From positions 2,689,046-2,705,045 of the forward strand of contig NZ_AP027363.1 of the NCBI RefSeq assembly GCF_030295955.1: a stretch of 16,000 nucleotides of DNA. The letters are read 5' to 3'. Below are positions 8,097 to 14,978 of this stretch, piece after piece. A program made the translations under genes and the position numbers. Within the stretch, counting starts at the first letter, position 1, and each line of letters starts with the position of its first letter. Below the pieces are notes generated by a model. The model saw only the letters and a program-made list of their open reading frames with translations. It was not told the DNA's origin and searched no databases. Origin of the DNA: Thalassotalea agarivorans. Its GTDB lineage: Bacteria; Pseudomonadota; Gammaproteobacteria; Enterobacterales; Alteromonadaceae.

Positions 8097-9392
8097 CTAC
8101 TGGTTTAATTGGACAAAATGTGCCGAACTAGAAATTGATGTAAGAAAAATAACCGTATGGCTAGGGTTATCATTGGTAATCTCAACATTCGCACGAGGTG
8201 TTGCTACAGAATATAGAGGCAAATTCGGAATATATCGAGCGACTTGTGCCGATGATGGCATGGTATTCCACTGCCTTAAATCCGCAACTTCACTCGCCAA
8301 AGTCAAAATATTCGCAAATGCCCCCAACATAGGATCTTGATCGTGTGCGCTTTTTACTGCTGCATATTTAGTCGCCGCTCGTGCCACGGCTGTAGCAGTA
8401 ATTCTTGGCAATTCATCGTCAAAATCATTTCGCGCTCTACGCTCTAAATCTTCTATCATCTCAGTTCGTAGCAAGTTGGACTGAGTTTCAACCGTTGCAT
8501 TGCGTGGCGAGTAATTGTCGCGACCAAAACGAGGCAGTGCCACGTTTAAATATGTCCCGTCAATGTCATACCAAACCATAGTGCGCGTTTCTTTCAGCTG
8601 AGAAACAACACCATCAAAATAGATGACATGATGAGCTACGCCCTGCATTTCAGATTGATTAACGGCCTCAACATCAAAAGCGGCTCGATATTGATCGTAC
8701 TCATTTTTCAAACCAACTTGTTGACTCATTCTAAGTAATGCCACTTGCAGTGCATGAGGCACAAACTGACTTCGTTGTTCGACAATCTCATAACTTTTAC
8801 GGTAGCTAATCAACGCATTGTCGGTTTCACCATTTAACTCATAAACAAGACCGGCTAAATAACGAATAAACGCGAGTTGACCAAGTTCATTATTAGATTC
8901 TGCTAGTTGCTGCATCAATGTATCCGCCTGCAACATTTCAACCCGCGCACCATCTACGTCAGATTTCATGATGTAGGCAATAGCTAGCAGCCCATGTGTC
9001 ATGACCCTATCTGTTGGCCAACCCGTATAAGCGCGCAACGTTTCGTTAACCGTTACTGCAGACAAATTCTCAGACACCGACATTGCTTGCAGATTTCGCA
9101 TCGTTACTTTTGCACGAGTAAGGCTAGAAATTGCAGAGTCAAAATCACCAGTTACCAGCTGTAAATAGCCTAAATTCAGATAATGCTGAGCCGTATCTCT
9201 GTCGTTGTAGTCTATCTTTGCGATCTTCTCTACAGCGGTTTCCGCAGCCATGGTGCGATTCAACTGTTGAGCAATTGAAGCGGCAGTACGATTATTTGCC
9301 GTACATGCACTAAGTAAAAGTAGAATAACAGGAAGAGCAAAACGCCAACGATTAACTGTTGGCGTCTTTAAACCCAAGTATGCAGCTATCAA
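8097..9392 (-). CDS. Lipoprotein with an N-terminal TPR-like helical repeat region (431 aa), function unknown (resembles the COG3014-type uncharacterised family)
   Basis: The lipobox is LLLLSAC, followed by TANN. TPR-like segments include HYLNLGYLQLVTGDFDSAISSLTRAK and IRYLAGLVYELNGETDNALISYRKSYEIV. The start is TTG at 9392 with AGGGA 8 nt upstream. A second TTG at codon 6 (9377) lies before the lipobox but has no recognisable SD, so 9392 is preferred. Confidence 0.7.
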   Translation of the reverse strand: MIAAYLGLKTPTVNRWRFALPVILLLLSACTANNRTAASIAQQLNRTMAAETAVEKIAKIDYNDRDTAQHYLNLGYLQLVTGDFDSAISSLTRAKVTMRNLQAMSVSENLSAVTVNETLRAYTGWPTDRVMTHGLLAIAYIMKSDVDGARVEMLQADTLMQQLAESNNELGQLAFIRYLAGLVYELNGETDNALISYRKSYEIVEQRSQFVPHALQVALLRMSQQVGLKNEYDQYRAAFDVEAVNQSEMQGVAHHVIYFDGVVSQLKETRTMVWYDIDGTYLNVALPRFGRDNYSPRNATVETQSNLLRTEMIEDLERRARNDFDDELPRITATAVARAATKYAAVKSAHDQDPMLGAFANILTLASEVADLRQWNTMPSSAQVARYIPNLPLYSVATPRANVEITNDNPSHTVIFLTSISSSAHFVQLNQ

Positions 9393-9416
9393 AAGAACTG
9401 TCCCTAGATCTTTGTG

Positions 9417-10004
9417 TTAGTAACGAATCTTAGCGTTAGATACCAGTTTCTTGATTTTCTCTTGACCAACCCAAACAACGCGGTTGTCTTTAAGGCTTAT
9501 CAGATTCAAATCCACTTGATAAAAGCGTACTTGGTTTTTACCTTCAACGTCTAAGATTGTGTTGATTTGACCTTTCATCATGTAATCAGCACCAATTTCT
9601 TGACCAGCTTCACTGCGAGTATCTTCTCTTGCATTTAGGTCTTGGTCTTTTCTCTCATTACGAATTTCTTGACGTTGGGTACTATCGGCAACAAATTCAA
9701 CTTTGCCAGAATTAATCAATTCGCGTTGAATATCGCTAACAAACGTACCCGTGCTAATGTGCTCGTGGCTTAGATTACGAATTTGGCCAACAATTACTGT
9801 TGGTTGTTTTCCCGTACTAGCCACGTGGTTGTTAATCCAAGCACTTGATAAAGACTGCTCTACCATGGTTTTTGCTACGCGAGCAGAGTCCGCATCGTTC
9901 CATGCACCTGAAAGATCTACTGTTGAATTAGGATCTACACGTTTTACTGATGTCGAACATGCCGCCAACACCACAACTAAACAACATAACAGCAGTTTCT
10001 TCAT
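9417..10004 (-). CDS. LpoB/COG3417-like lipoprotein (195 aa); pipelines would probably annotate it as penicillin-binding protein activator LpoB
   Basis: The lipobox is VVLAAC. The mature part (DLSGAWNDADSARVAKTMVEQ...PTVIVGQIRNLSHEHI...GKVEFVA...GADYMMKGQINTI...RFYQVDLNLISLKDNRVVW) has the conserved pattern I recall for the LpoB globular-domain family. The ATG overlaps the upstream stop by 1 nt (TAATG at 10002..10006). Confidence 0.75.
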   Translation of the reverse strand: MKKLLLCCLVVVLAACSTSVKRVDPNSTVDLSGAWNDADSARVAKTMVEQSLSSAWINNHVASTGKQPTVIVGQIRNLSHEHISTGTFVSDIQRELINSGKVEFVADSTQRQEIRNERKDQDLNAREDTRSEAGQEIGADYMMKGQINTILDVEGKNQVRFYQVDLNLISLKDNRVVWVGQEKIKKLVSNAKIRY

Positions 10005-10552
10005 TAGTTTTGCTCCTTCTTCATAAAGCGATCAAAATTGGCGTCAAATTCATCGTCAAAGTATTTTTGAAAAGACTTATTCATGATATCCGCATTAGCA
10101 ACGGCTTCTTTCAATTTGCTCATGTCTAACTCTGCAAAAGAGAACAAGATACCTGTTTCAGGATCACGCCAGTTACCCATGATTTTTGAGCCATTCAACG
10201 CGATTTGGGTAGATGACTTGATGACTTGTTGCACTTGCATGTCAAATTCTTCGCCGTTACTCGCTGAATAGTCTGACATTGTTGCATCCATAAAGGTTGA
10301 CATAATACGTGCTATTTCGGCACGAGCTCGATTATCAGCCGTTGATTTTTGAAGTGATAAGTCACCCATTTTTGGCGCGCTACCCACACCTTGAACAAGT
10401 CGACCATCGTCGTTATCAATTGCTTTTGAACCTTCATTAACCCAGTCTGGGGCATTTTCTAAACCAAGATCAGATTCTATATCTGTGCCACTGGAGCACC
10501 CGACAATTACGACCACGATAGATAAAGTTAATAATTTAAATAGCTTTTTCAT
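10004..10552 (-). CDS. LPP20-family lipoprotein (182 aa), first gene of the four-lipoprotein operon
   Basis: The lipobox is VVIVGC, followed by SSG. The region NAPDWVNEGS...VQGVGSAP...STADNRARAEIARIMSTF matches the LPP20 signature. An SD (GAGAGGA) lies 4-5 nt before the ATG at 10552. Confidence 0.75.
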   Translation of the reverse strand: MKKLFKLLTLSIVVVIVGCSSGTDIESDLGLENAPDWVNEGSKAIDNDDGRLVQGVGSAPKMGDLSLQKSTADNRARAEIARIMSTFMDATMSDYSASNGEEFDMQVQQVIKSSTQIALNGSKIMGNWRDPETGILFSFAELDMSKLKEAVANADIMNKSFQKYFDDEFDANFDRFMKKEQN

Positions 10553-10665
10553 TGCATCCTCTCATTAGCATTCTTAGGTGGCCTAAACGACAGTGTTCAG
10601 GATTCATTAACCATGTATTAACAATAGCAAATCAATTAATTAGGGTATAGTTTATTTGATTTGCC

Positions 10666-10685
10666 TACACGCAATCCCGCGTGTA
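10666..10685. other. Isolated GC-containing hairpin in the AT-rich intergenic region
   Basis: TACACGC-aatccc-GCGTGTA forms a 7-bp stem with a 6-nt loop. Neither strand has a flanking T-tract, so it is not a canonical intrinsic terminator. Confidence 0.35.
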
Positions 10686-10873
10686 AACCGATACATTTAA
10701 GATACTATAACTTTTTAAAAGTTCAATAAAATTAATACGTTAATATTGGCATCAAATATATTGATAGCCGCATGAAATACAAGTAAAAACCCAAAAAGCG
10801 CTAATAAAACAAACTCAATTAGACCAATGCAATAGGTAACAGCACCAAGCGTTTAATTGCTCACTAAAAAAGG

Positions 10874-11383
10874 CTAGGGGTTGGTTGCTTTCTCAACACC
10901 AAGCAATTGCGCTATTTCTTGTGTGATGTCGTCAATGTTTAATGGATCGGTTGGGGCGATAAAAATAGTATCGTCACCGGCTATGGTACCTAAAATACCT
11001 GCCGACTCTCCCAAACTATCTAGCATTCGAGCAATTAAAGGTGCGCCGCCGATACCGGTTTTAAGAACAATTTGGTGCCCATTATGCTTCACACTTTGCA
11101 CCACAGACTCAATCGCTTGTTTGGATTTAGGTACGGCGAGTTCCTCGGGTAATACATAGACTTTTTGGTTAGAAGCATTGCGCATCTTAACTGCTCCCAG
11201 TCGAGCTAGTAACCGAGAAATTTTCGCTTGCGCAATATTAGGATACCCATGCTGTGCTAAAGCCTGCGCGAGCTCACCTTGAGAGCCGTAGTTTTGCTCT
11301 TTCAGTAGCTTTTTAAAGGTTTGCACAAATGCAGATTCACCGTGGTTGCGACTAAGGCGAATGTCTTCAGGTGATATGGCCAT
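10874..11383 (-). CDS. argR: Arginine repressor (169 aa)
   Basis: The protein is colinear with E. coli ArgR. [16 protein letters not shown] matches [30 protein letters not shown] matches SRMLTKFGAVRTRN, and the C-terminal oligomerisation and arginine-binding region [30 protein letters not shown] matches [33 protein letters not shown]. Confidence 0.93.
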   Translation of the reverse strand: [169 protein letters not shown]

Positions 11384-11453
11384 ATCCTCATTAACTCCAT
11401 TACGTATGCGAAACTAAATTTTATCCTTAATTATTACGATAATCTACGTGCAC

Positions 11454-12629
11454 TTAGAAAAATGCTTGAATACCCGTTTGTGCTCTTCCTAAAATTAACG
11501 CGTGGATATCATGCGTGCCTTCATAAGTATTGACTGCCTCTAGATTCATTACGTGGCGAATAACGTGATATTCATCGGCGATACCATTACCACCGTGCAT
11601 ATCTCGAGCCGTGCGAGCAATGTCTAATGCCTTTCCACAAGAGTTACGCTTTATCAAGCTAATAGACTCTACTGGCAAAGTATCAGCATCCATCAGCCGC
11701 CCTGCTTGCAAACAGGCAAGTAGCCCTATTGATATATCTGTTTGCATATCTGCCAGCTTTTTCTGAATCAGTTGTGTCGCTGCTAACGGGCGCCCAAATT
11801 GCGTTCTATCTAAGGTATATTGTCGCGCAGCATACCAGCAATACTCAGCCGCACCGAGCGCCCCCCAAGCTATGCCATATCGAGCTTTGTTGAGGCATGC
11901 AAAAGGACCGGCTAAACCATGTGCTTTGCTAAGTAAATTTTCACTTGGCACAAAAACGTCTTCCATCACAATCTCCCCTGTAATAGACGCTCTGAGCGAA
12001 AATTTACCGTCTATCTTTGGAGTGGTTAACCCTTTCATATCTCGGGTTAAAATGAACCCTTTTATCTCGTCCGCTAGCTTTGCCCATACCACGAATACAT
12101 CTGCTATGGGGGCATTAGTAATCCACATTTTACTACCGGATAAAAGATAACCGCCGTCGACTTGTGTCGCTTTTGTTTTCATACTGGCAGGATCAGAACC
12201 AGAATCTGGTTCCGTTAGACCAAAACATCCAATCCATTCACCACTTGCCAGTTTGGGTAAAAAACGTTGTCTTTGATTTTCATCACCAAATTGATAGATC
12301 GGAAACATGACTAATGACGATTGCACGCTCATCGCACTGCGATAGCCGCTATCAACTCGTTCGACTTCTCTTGCTATAAGCCCATAGGACACATAACTTG
12401 ATTCCGCGCAGCCATATTCACTTGGTAGTGTGCTGCCCAATAATCCTAGTTCACCCATTTGGCTGACGATAGAAGGATCAAACGTTTCCTGACGGTTCGC
12501 CTTTAAAATGCCAGGCATGAGTTGCTGTTGGCAAAATTCATGTGTTGTATCTTGGATCAAACGCTCTTCTTCAGAAAGCAATGATGTTAGCAGCAAAGGA
12601 TCTTGCCAATTGAAAACAGGTTTACTCAT
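11454..12629 (-). CDS. gcdH: Glutaryl-CoA dehydrogenase (acyl-CoA dehydrogenase family, 391 aa from the preferred start)
   Basis: From [14 protein letters not shown] the sequence tracks glutaryl-CoA dehydrogenases. Examples are FxWQDPL, RLMPxIL.ANR.E.F, EMGELGxLG, YGC and [24 protein letters not shown]...QR...[23 protein letters not shown]. The 29-codon N-terminal extension in the track ORF (to 12716) has no counterpart, so the ATG at 12629 is preferred. Confidence 0.88.
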   Translation of the reverse strand: MSKPVFNWQDPLLLTSLLSEEERLIQDTTHEFCQQQLMPGILKANRQETFDPSIVSQMGELGLLGSTLPSEYGCAESSYVSYGLIAREVERVDSGYRSAMSVQSSLVMFPIYQFGDENQRQRFLPKLASGEWIGCFGLTEPDSGSDPASMKTKATQVDGGYLLSGSKMWITNAPIADVFVVWAKLADEIKGFILTRDMKGLTTPKIDGKFSLRASITGEIVMEDVFVPSENLLSKAHGLAGPFACLNKARYGIAWGALGAAEYCWYAARQYTLDRTQFGRPLAATQLIQKKLADMQTDISIGLLACLQAGRLMDADTLPVESISLIKRNSCGKALDIARTARDMHGGNGIADEYHVIRHVMNLEAVNTYEGTHDIHALILGRAQTGIQAFF

Positions 12630-12726
12630 AGTATCTACCCTATTAAATATATCTGCATAGTAGCGAACATTGATAATGATGTCTGAAAAATACCACCGTC
12701 TTTTGATCTCAAACAATAAGATAAAT

Positions 12727-12755
12727 CTGACAAACTACCAAAAATCACGCATAAT
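12727..12755 (+). promoter_or_regulatory. Candidate sigma70 promoter for the kinase gene
   Basis: CTGACA (12727..12732), a 17-nt spacer and CATAAT (12750..12755) lie about 33 nt upstream of the ATG at 12788. This is motif evidence only. Confidence 0.35.
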
Positions 12756-12787
12756 CAGGCCATTATTCGTAATTGTCTCCAAGGTAT

Positions 12788-13867
12788 ATGGAACAAACAT
12801 TAAGTACACGAGAACTCGTTGAAGTACTGAGTCATTACGAACTCGACATAAATGACTGCAAAGTTGAGCCATTGGGCAATGGTTTGATCAATACCACTTA
12901 TCAAGTGAGAACACCTGACAAGAAGTATGTATTGCAAAAAATAAATAACCAAGTTTTCACAGAACCTTTGCTGCTGATTAATAACACGCAATATGTCAAT
13001 CGTTGCCTAATTGATGCTATCGAAAAACAGCAATATCAACTTACTGCGACCCCACAAATAACAACCAAGCATGGCGTAAAATATGCTTTGGTTAATGGTA
13101 GCTTTTGGCGATTAATTAATTTTGTGACAAACAGCTATACCATTGAGCAAGTTGAATCACCGCAACAAGCCGCAATGGCGGCTGAAGCATTCGCGCATTT
13201 TACAGCGACTTTGTCAGTGTATGATGCCACTCAAGTTGACGAGATTATCCCTGATTTTCATCATCTTCCATTTCGATTGCAGCAGTTACAAAAAGCAATT
13301 GATGCCGATATGATCGGCCGGGTTAAACATGCAAAATCATTGATAGAATTCTGCCAAAGTCAGCATAAATTTATCAGCGAAATTGCTGACATTTCTTCAA
13401 AGCTGCCACTGCACATTACTCACAATGATACCAAGATAAACAATTTGTTATTCAGTAAAGATACGGACAAACCGATTGCCGTGATTGACTTAGATACCTG
13501 TATGCCTGGTTTTCTGATGAACGATTTTGGCGATATGGTGCGTACTTGTGTTAGTAGCCTTGCTGAAGACGACCCTAATATAGAACATATGGAGATAGAT
13601 CTTGATGTTTTAGAGGCGCTATCAACAGCATATGTTGGCGGGTTAGCGAACAAAATCACTGATATCGAAAAAGAAAGTTTAGTACTTGGCGCCCGCTTGC
13701 TACCATTTATGGTGGGTGTAAGATTTTTGACCGACTACCTAGATGGCGACAACTACTTTCATGTTGCGCACAACAGCCACAACAAAGATCGCGCTGCAAA
13801 CCAGTTTCAGTTATATAGGCTTTTGACTCAGGTGCAGCCGACGATCTCAGGGTTTATCAAGCAATAA
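12788..13867 (+). CDS. APH-fold sugar kinase resembling N-acetylhexosamine 1-kinase (NahK/LnpB-like; 359 aa)
   Basis: The motif order matches my recollection of Bifidobacterium NahK. It runs EPLGNGLINTTYQV, YVLQKIN, FWR, the catalytic loop HNDTKINNLLF, IAVIDLDTCMPG, NDFGD and RFLTDYLDGDNYF. The ATG at 12788 (AAGG 3 nt upstream) is preferred over the TTG at 12773 used by the track. Confidence 0.7.
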   Translation: MEQTLSTRELVEVLSHYELDINDCKVEPLGNGLINTTYQVRTPDKKYVLQKINNQVFTEPLLLINNTQYVNRCLIDAIEKQQYQLTATPQITTKHGVKYALVNGSFWRLINFVTNSYTIEQVESPQQAAMAAEAFAHFTATLSVYDATQVDEIIPDFHHLPFRLQQLQKAIDADMIGRVKHAKSLIEFCQSQHKFISEIADISSKLPLHITHNDTKINNLLFSKDTDKPIAVIDLDTCMPGFLMNDFGDMVRTCVSSLAEDDPNIEHMEIDLDVLEALSTAYVGGLANKITDIEKESLVLGARLLPFMVGVRFLTDYLDGDNYFHVAHNSHNKDRAANQFQLYRLLTQVQPTISGFIKQ

Positions 13868-13883
13868 TTGCTTGAACGAGAAA

Positions 13884-13902
13884 AAGGCGCAAATTGCGCC
13901 TT
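13884..13902. terminator. Bidirectional rho-independent terminator
   Basis: AAGGCGCA-aat-TGCGCCTT forms a perfect 8-bp stem with a 3-nt loop. An A5 run lies upstream and T-rich sequence lies downstream, so either strand reads hairpin plus U-tract. It sits 17 nt after the kinase stop (+) and 2 nt after the lipoprotein stop (-). Confidence 0.75.
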
Positions 13903-13904
13903 AA

Positions 13905-14693
13905 TTATTTTAAGTACACTGCGGCAAATGTTATTAATGTTTGACCATCTGCATCCATCAAAGACATACCGTCACCATCAATCGAAAATTGAGTGGCTTT
14001 AGCTAACTGAGTAAAAAACAGTAACTCCTGCGTTGAAACATCTTCCTCGGCACAAGACCGCAACTGCGCAGCCATAGGTGCTAAGGTTAGAGTATTACCA
14101 TTGACTTCATACCCTCCCTGAAAATTGTTGCAACCAGCATAACCGCGCACAATATTTTGCTGAGTAAAAGTAACACTTAATTCCTTGTCGCCAGCACCTA
14201 TTACAACGGGTTGTTCATCTATAGTTAACACTTTCCAATAAGTATTGCTAAAACTTGCATCAGGCTTACTTCGCCTTTGCGAGCGAGCCACACTTTGAAC
14301 CATGACTTTGACAGGGCTTTGATCAAAGGCATTGTATGCTTGGGTATTAATCATACTTAATGCACCATCAACTTCGATTTTTGCGCGAATTGTATAACGA
14401 GCTTTTTCATCTAGCCTACTTGCATCTATATCGAAGGTCACCAAATAAGGCGGAGCTTGCAAGTTTGATAGTGTTTTACTCACCAATGTTGTGGCAGCCA
14501 CATCCATTTTTGACGTATCTTCTATCGCTACATAAAGCGTAGCATTGGGCGGTAATAACATACGCTCTCGATAAAACACTTCGACAGATACCTGTTTCAT
14601 TTCTTTACCTTTGGGCGATTCGGCTTTACCACAACCCAATAACGTCACCGTCAATACAGCAACTAAAAAGCTTTGTAACAATTCTCTTCGCAT
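13905..14693 (-). CDS. Lipoprotein with a YbaY-like (COG3126) N-terminal domain fused to a META (HslJ-like) domain (262 aa)
   Basis: The ATG at 14693 has AGGA 6 nt upstream; the track's TTG at 14699 adds 2 codons. The lipobox is TLLGC. The region VEVFYRERMLLPPNATLYVAIEDTSKMDVAA...RYTIRAKIEVDGAL resembles E. coli YbaY (IRQKVALPPDAVLTVTLSDASLADAP...). The C-terminal YWKVLTIDEQPV...RGYAGCNNFQGGYEVNGNTLTLAPMAAQLRSC is the META-domain pattern. Confidence 0.8.
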   Translation of the reverse strand: MRRELLQSFLVAVLTVTLLGCGKAESPKGKEMKQVSVEVFYRERMLLPPNATLYVAIEDTSKMDVAATTLVSKTLSNLQAPPYLVTFDIDASRLDEKARYTIRAKIEVDGALSMINTQAYNAFDQSPVKVMVQSVARSQRRSKPDASFSNTYWKVLTIDEQPVVIGAGDKELSVTFTQQNIVRGYAGCNNFQGGYEVNGNTLTLAPMAAQLRSCAEEDVSTQELLFFTQLAKATQFSIDGDGMSLMDADGQTLITFAAVYLK

Positions 14694-14761
14694 GGTCAAT
14701 CCTAAGTCATCTATTTAGCTAAAGTATTGCACAGATTTATCAAACCATAAAAAAGAGACAT

Positions 14762-14789
14762 TTGGGGTCAGAATATGTTCTGACCCCAA
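14762..14789. repeat. REP-like palindromic element, copy A
   Basis: TTGGGGTCAGAA-tatg-TTCTGACCCCAA forms a perfect 12-bp stem. It is near-identical to copy B at 14928..14953. It lies about 70 nt upstream of the YbaY/META lipoprotein start. On the minus strand a T6 run follows only after 8 nt. Confidence 0.7.
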
Positions 14790-14927
14790 GTATGAAGTAA
14801 AGATTTGGAATCAAATTTTTAAACAAGTATATCCAACTAATTATTTGTTAAGAGTATGAATCTCTTATAGAAAAAGAGCAGAGAACTTAAAAACACCAAA
14901 GTTGCACACGTGCAAACTACTTAAAAA

Positions 14928-14953
14928 TGGGGTCAGAACATGATCTGACCCCA
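14928..14953 (-). terminator. REP-like palindromic element, copy B, positioned as the rho-independent terminator of the dipeptidase gene
   Basis: TGGGGTCAGA-acatga-TCTGACCCCA forms a 10-bp stem, 25 nt downstream of the stop at 14979 on the minus strand. It is followed immediately on that strand by TTTTTAA (14927..14921). Confidence 0.7.
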
Positions 14954-14978
14954 AATATAAAAACAAAAAAAGAGAGGG

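Noticed and set aside
9131-10271. Plus-strand ORFs 9131..9313, 9751..10026 and 10083..10271
   Set aside because: They are antisense to the lipoprotein operon genes. They have no signal sequences, SDs or motifs.
11384-11453. ARG box (ArgR autoregulation site) upstream of argR
   Set aside because: I looked for the TGAAT-wwww-ATTCA type 18-bp palindrome. The nearest things are CGCATacgtaATGGA, which has the wrong spacing and two mismatches, and an ATTAT-N4-ATAAT inverted repeat at 11430..11443 that does not resemble the consensus. Neither is convincing enough to call.
10881-12150. Plus-strand ORFs 10881..11159 and 11872..12150
   Set aside because: They are antisense to argR and gcdH, both of which closely match well-known families. 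I treat them as shadow ORFs.
12630-12716. 29-codon N-terminal extension of the acyl-CoA dehydrogenase ORF ([29 protein letters not shown])
   Set aside because: This sequence has no counterpart in glutaryl-CoA dehydrogenases, whose conserved N-terminus (F.WQDPL) begins right after the ATG at 12629. The extension is AT-rich promoter-like DNA shared with the divergent kinase gene.
12773-12787. TTG start for the kinase gene used by the ORF track
   Set aside because: The in-frame ATG at 12788 has an adjacent AAGG, and the conserved N-terminal region begins after it. The TTG start cannot be excluded, but it adds only 5 codons.
12800-14542. ORFs 12800..12991 (-), 13420..13659 (-) and 14360..14542 (+)
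   Set aside because: They are antisense to the NahK-like kinase or the YbaY/META lipoprotein genes and have no supporting features.
14902-14915. TTGCAC-ac-GTGCAA inverted repeat (CACGTG core) as an operator site
   Set aside because: The arms are only 6 bp with a 2-nt spacer. It is a single occurrence, apart from an unrelated CACGTG near 5068. It could easily arise by chance.
14762-14954. Interpretation of the paired palindromes as a bona fide MITE insertion
   Set aside because: The outer arms are inverted repeats, but there is no target-site duplication in the immediate flanks (…gagacat | … | atataaa…). Copy B also has an obvious native role as a terminator. I keep this only as one alternative within the corresponding finding.
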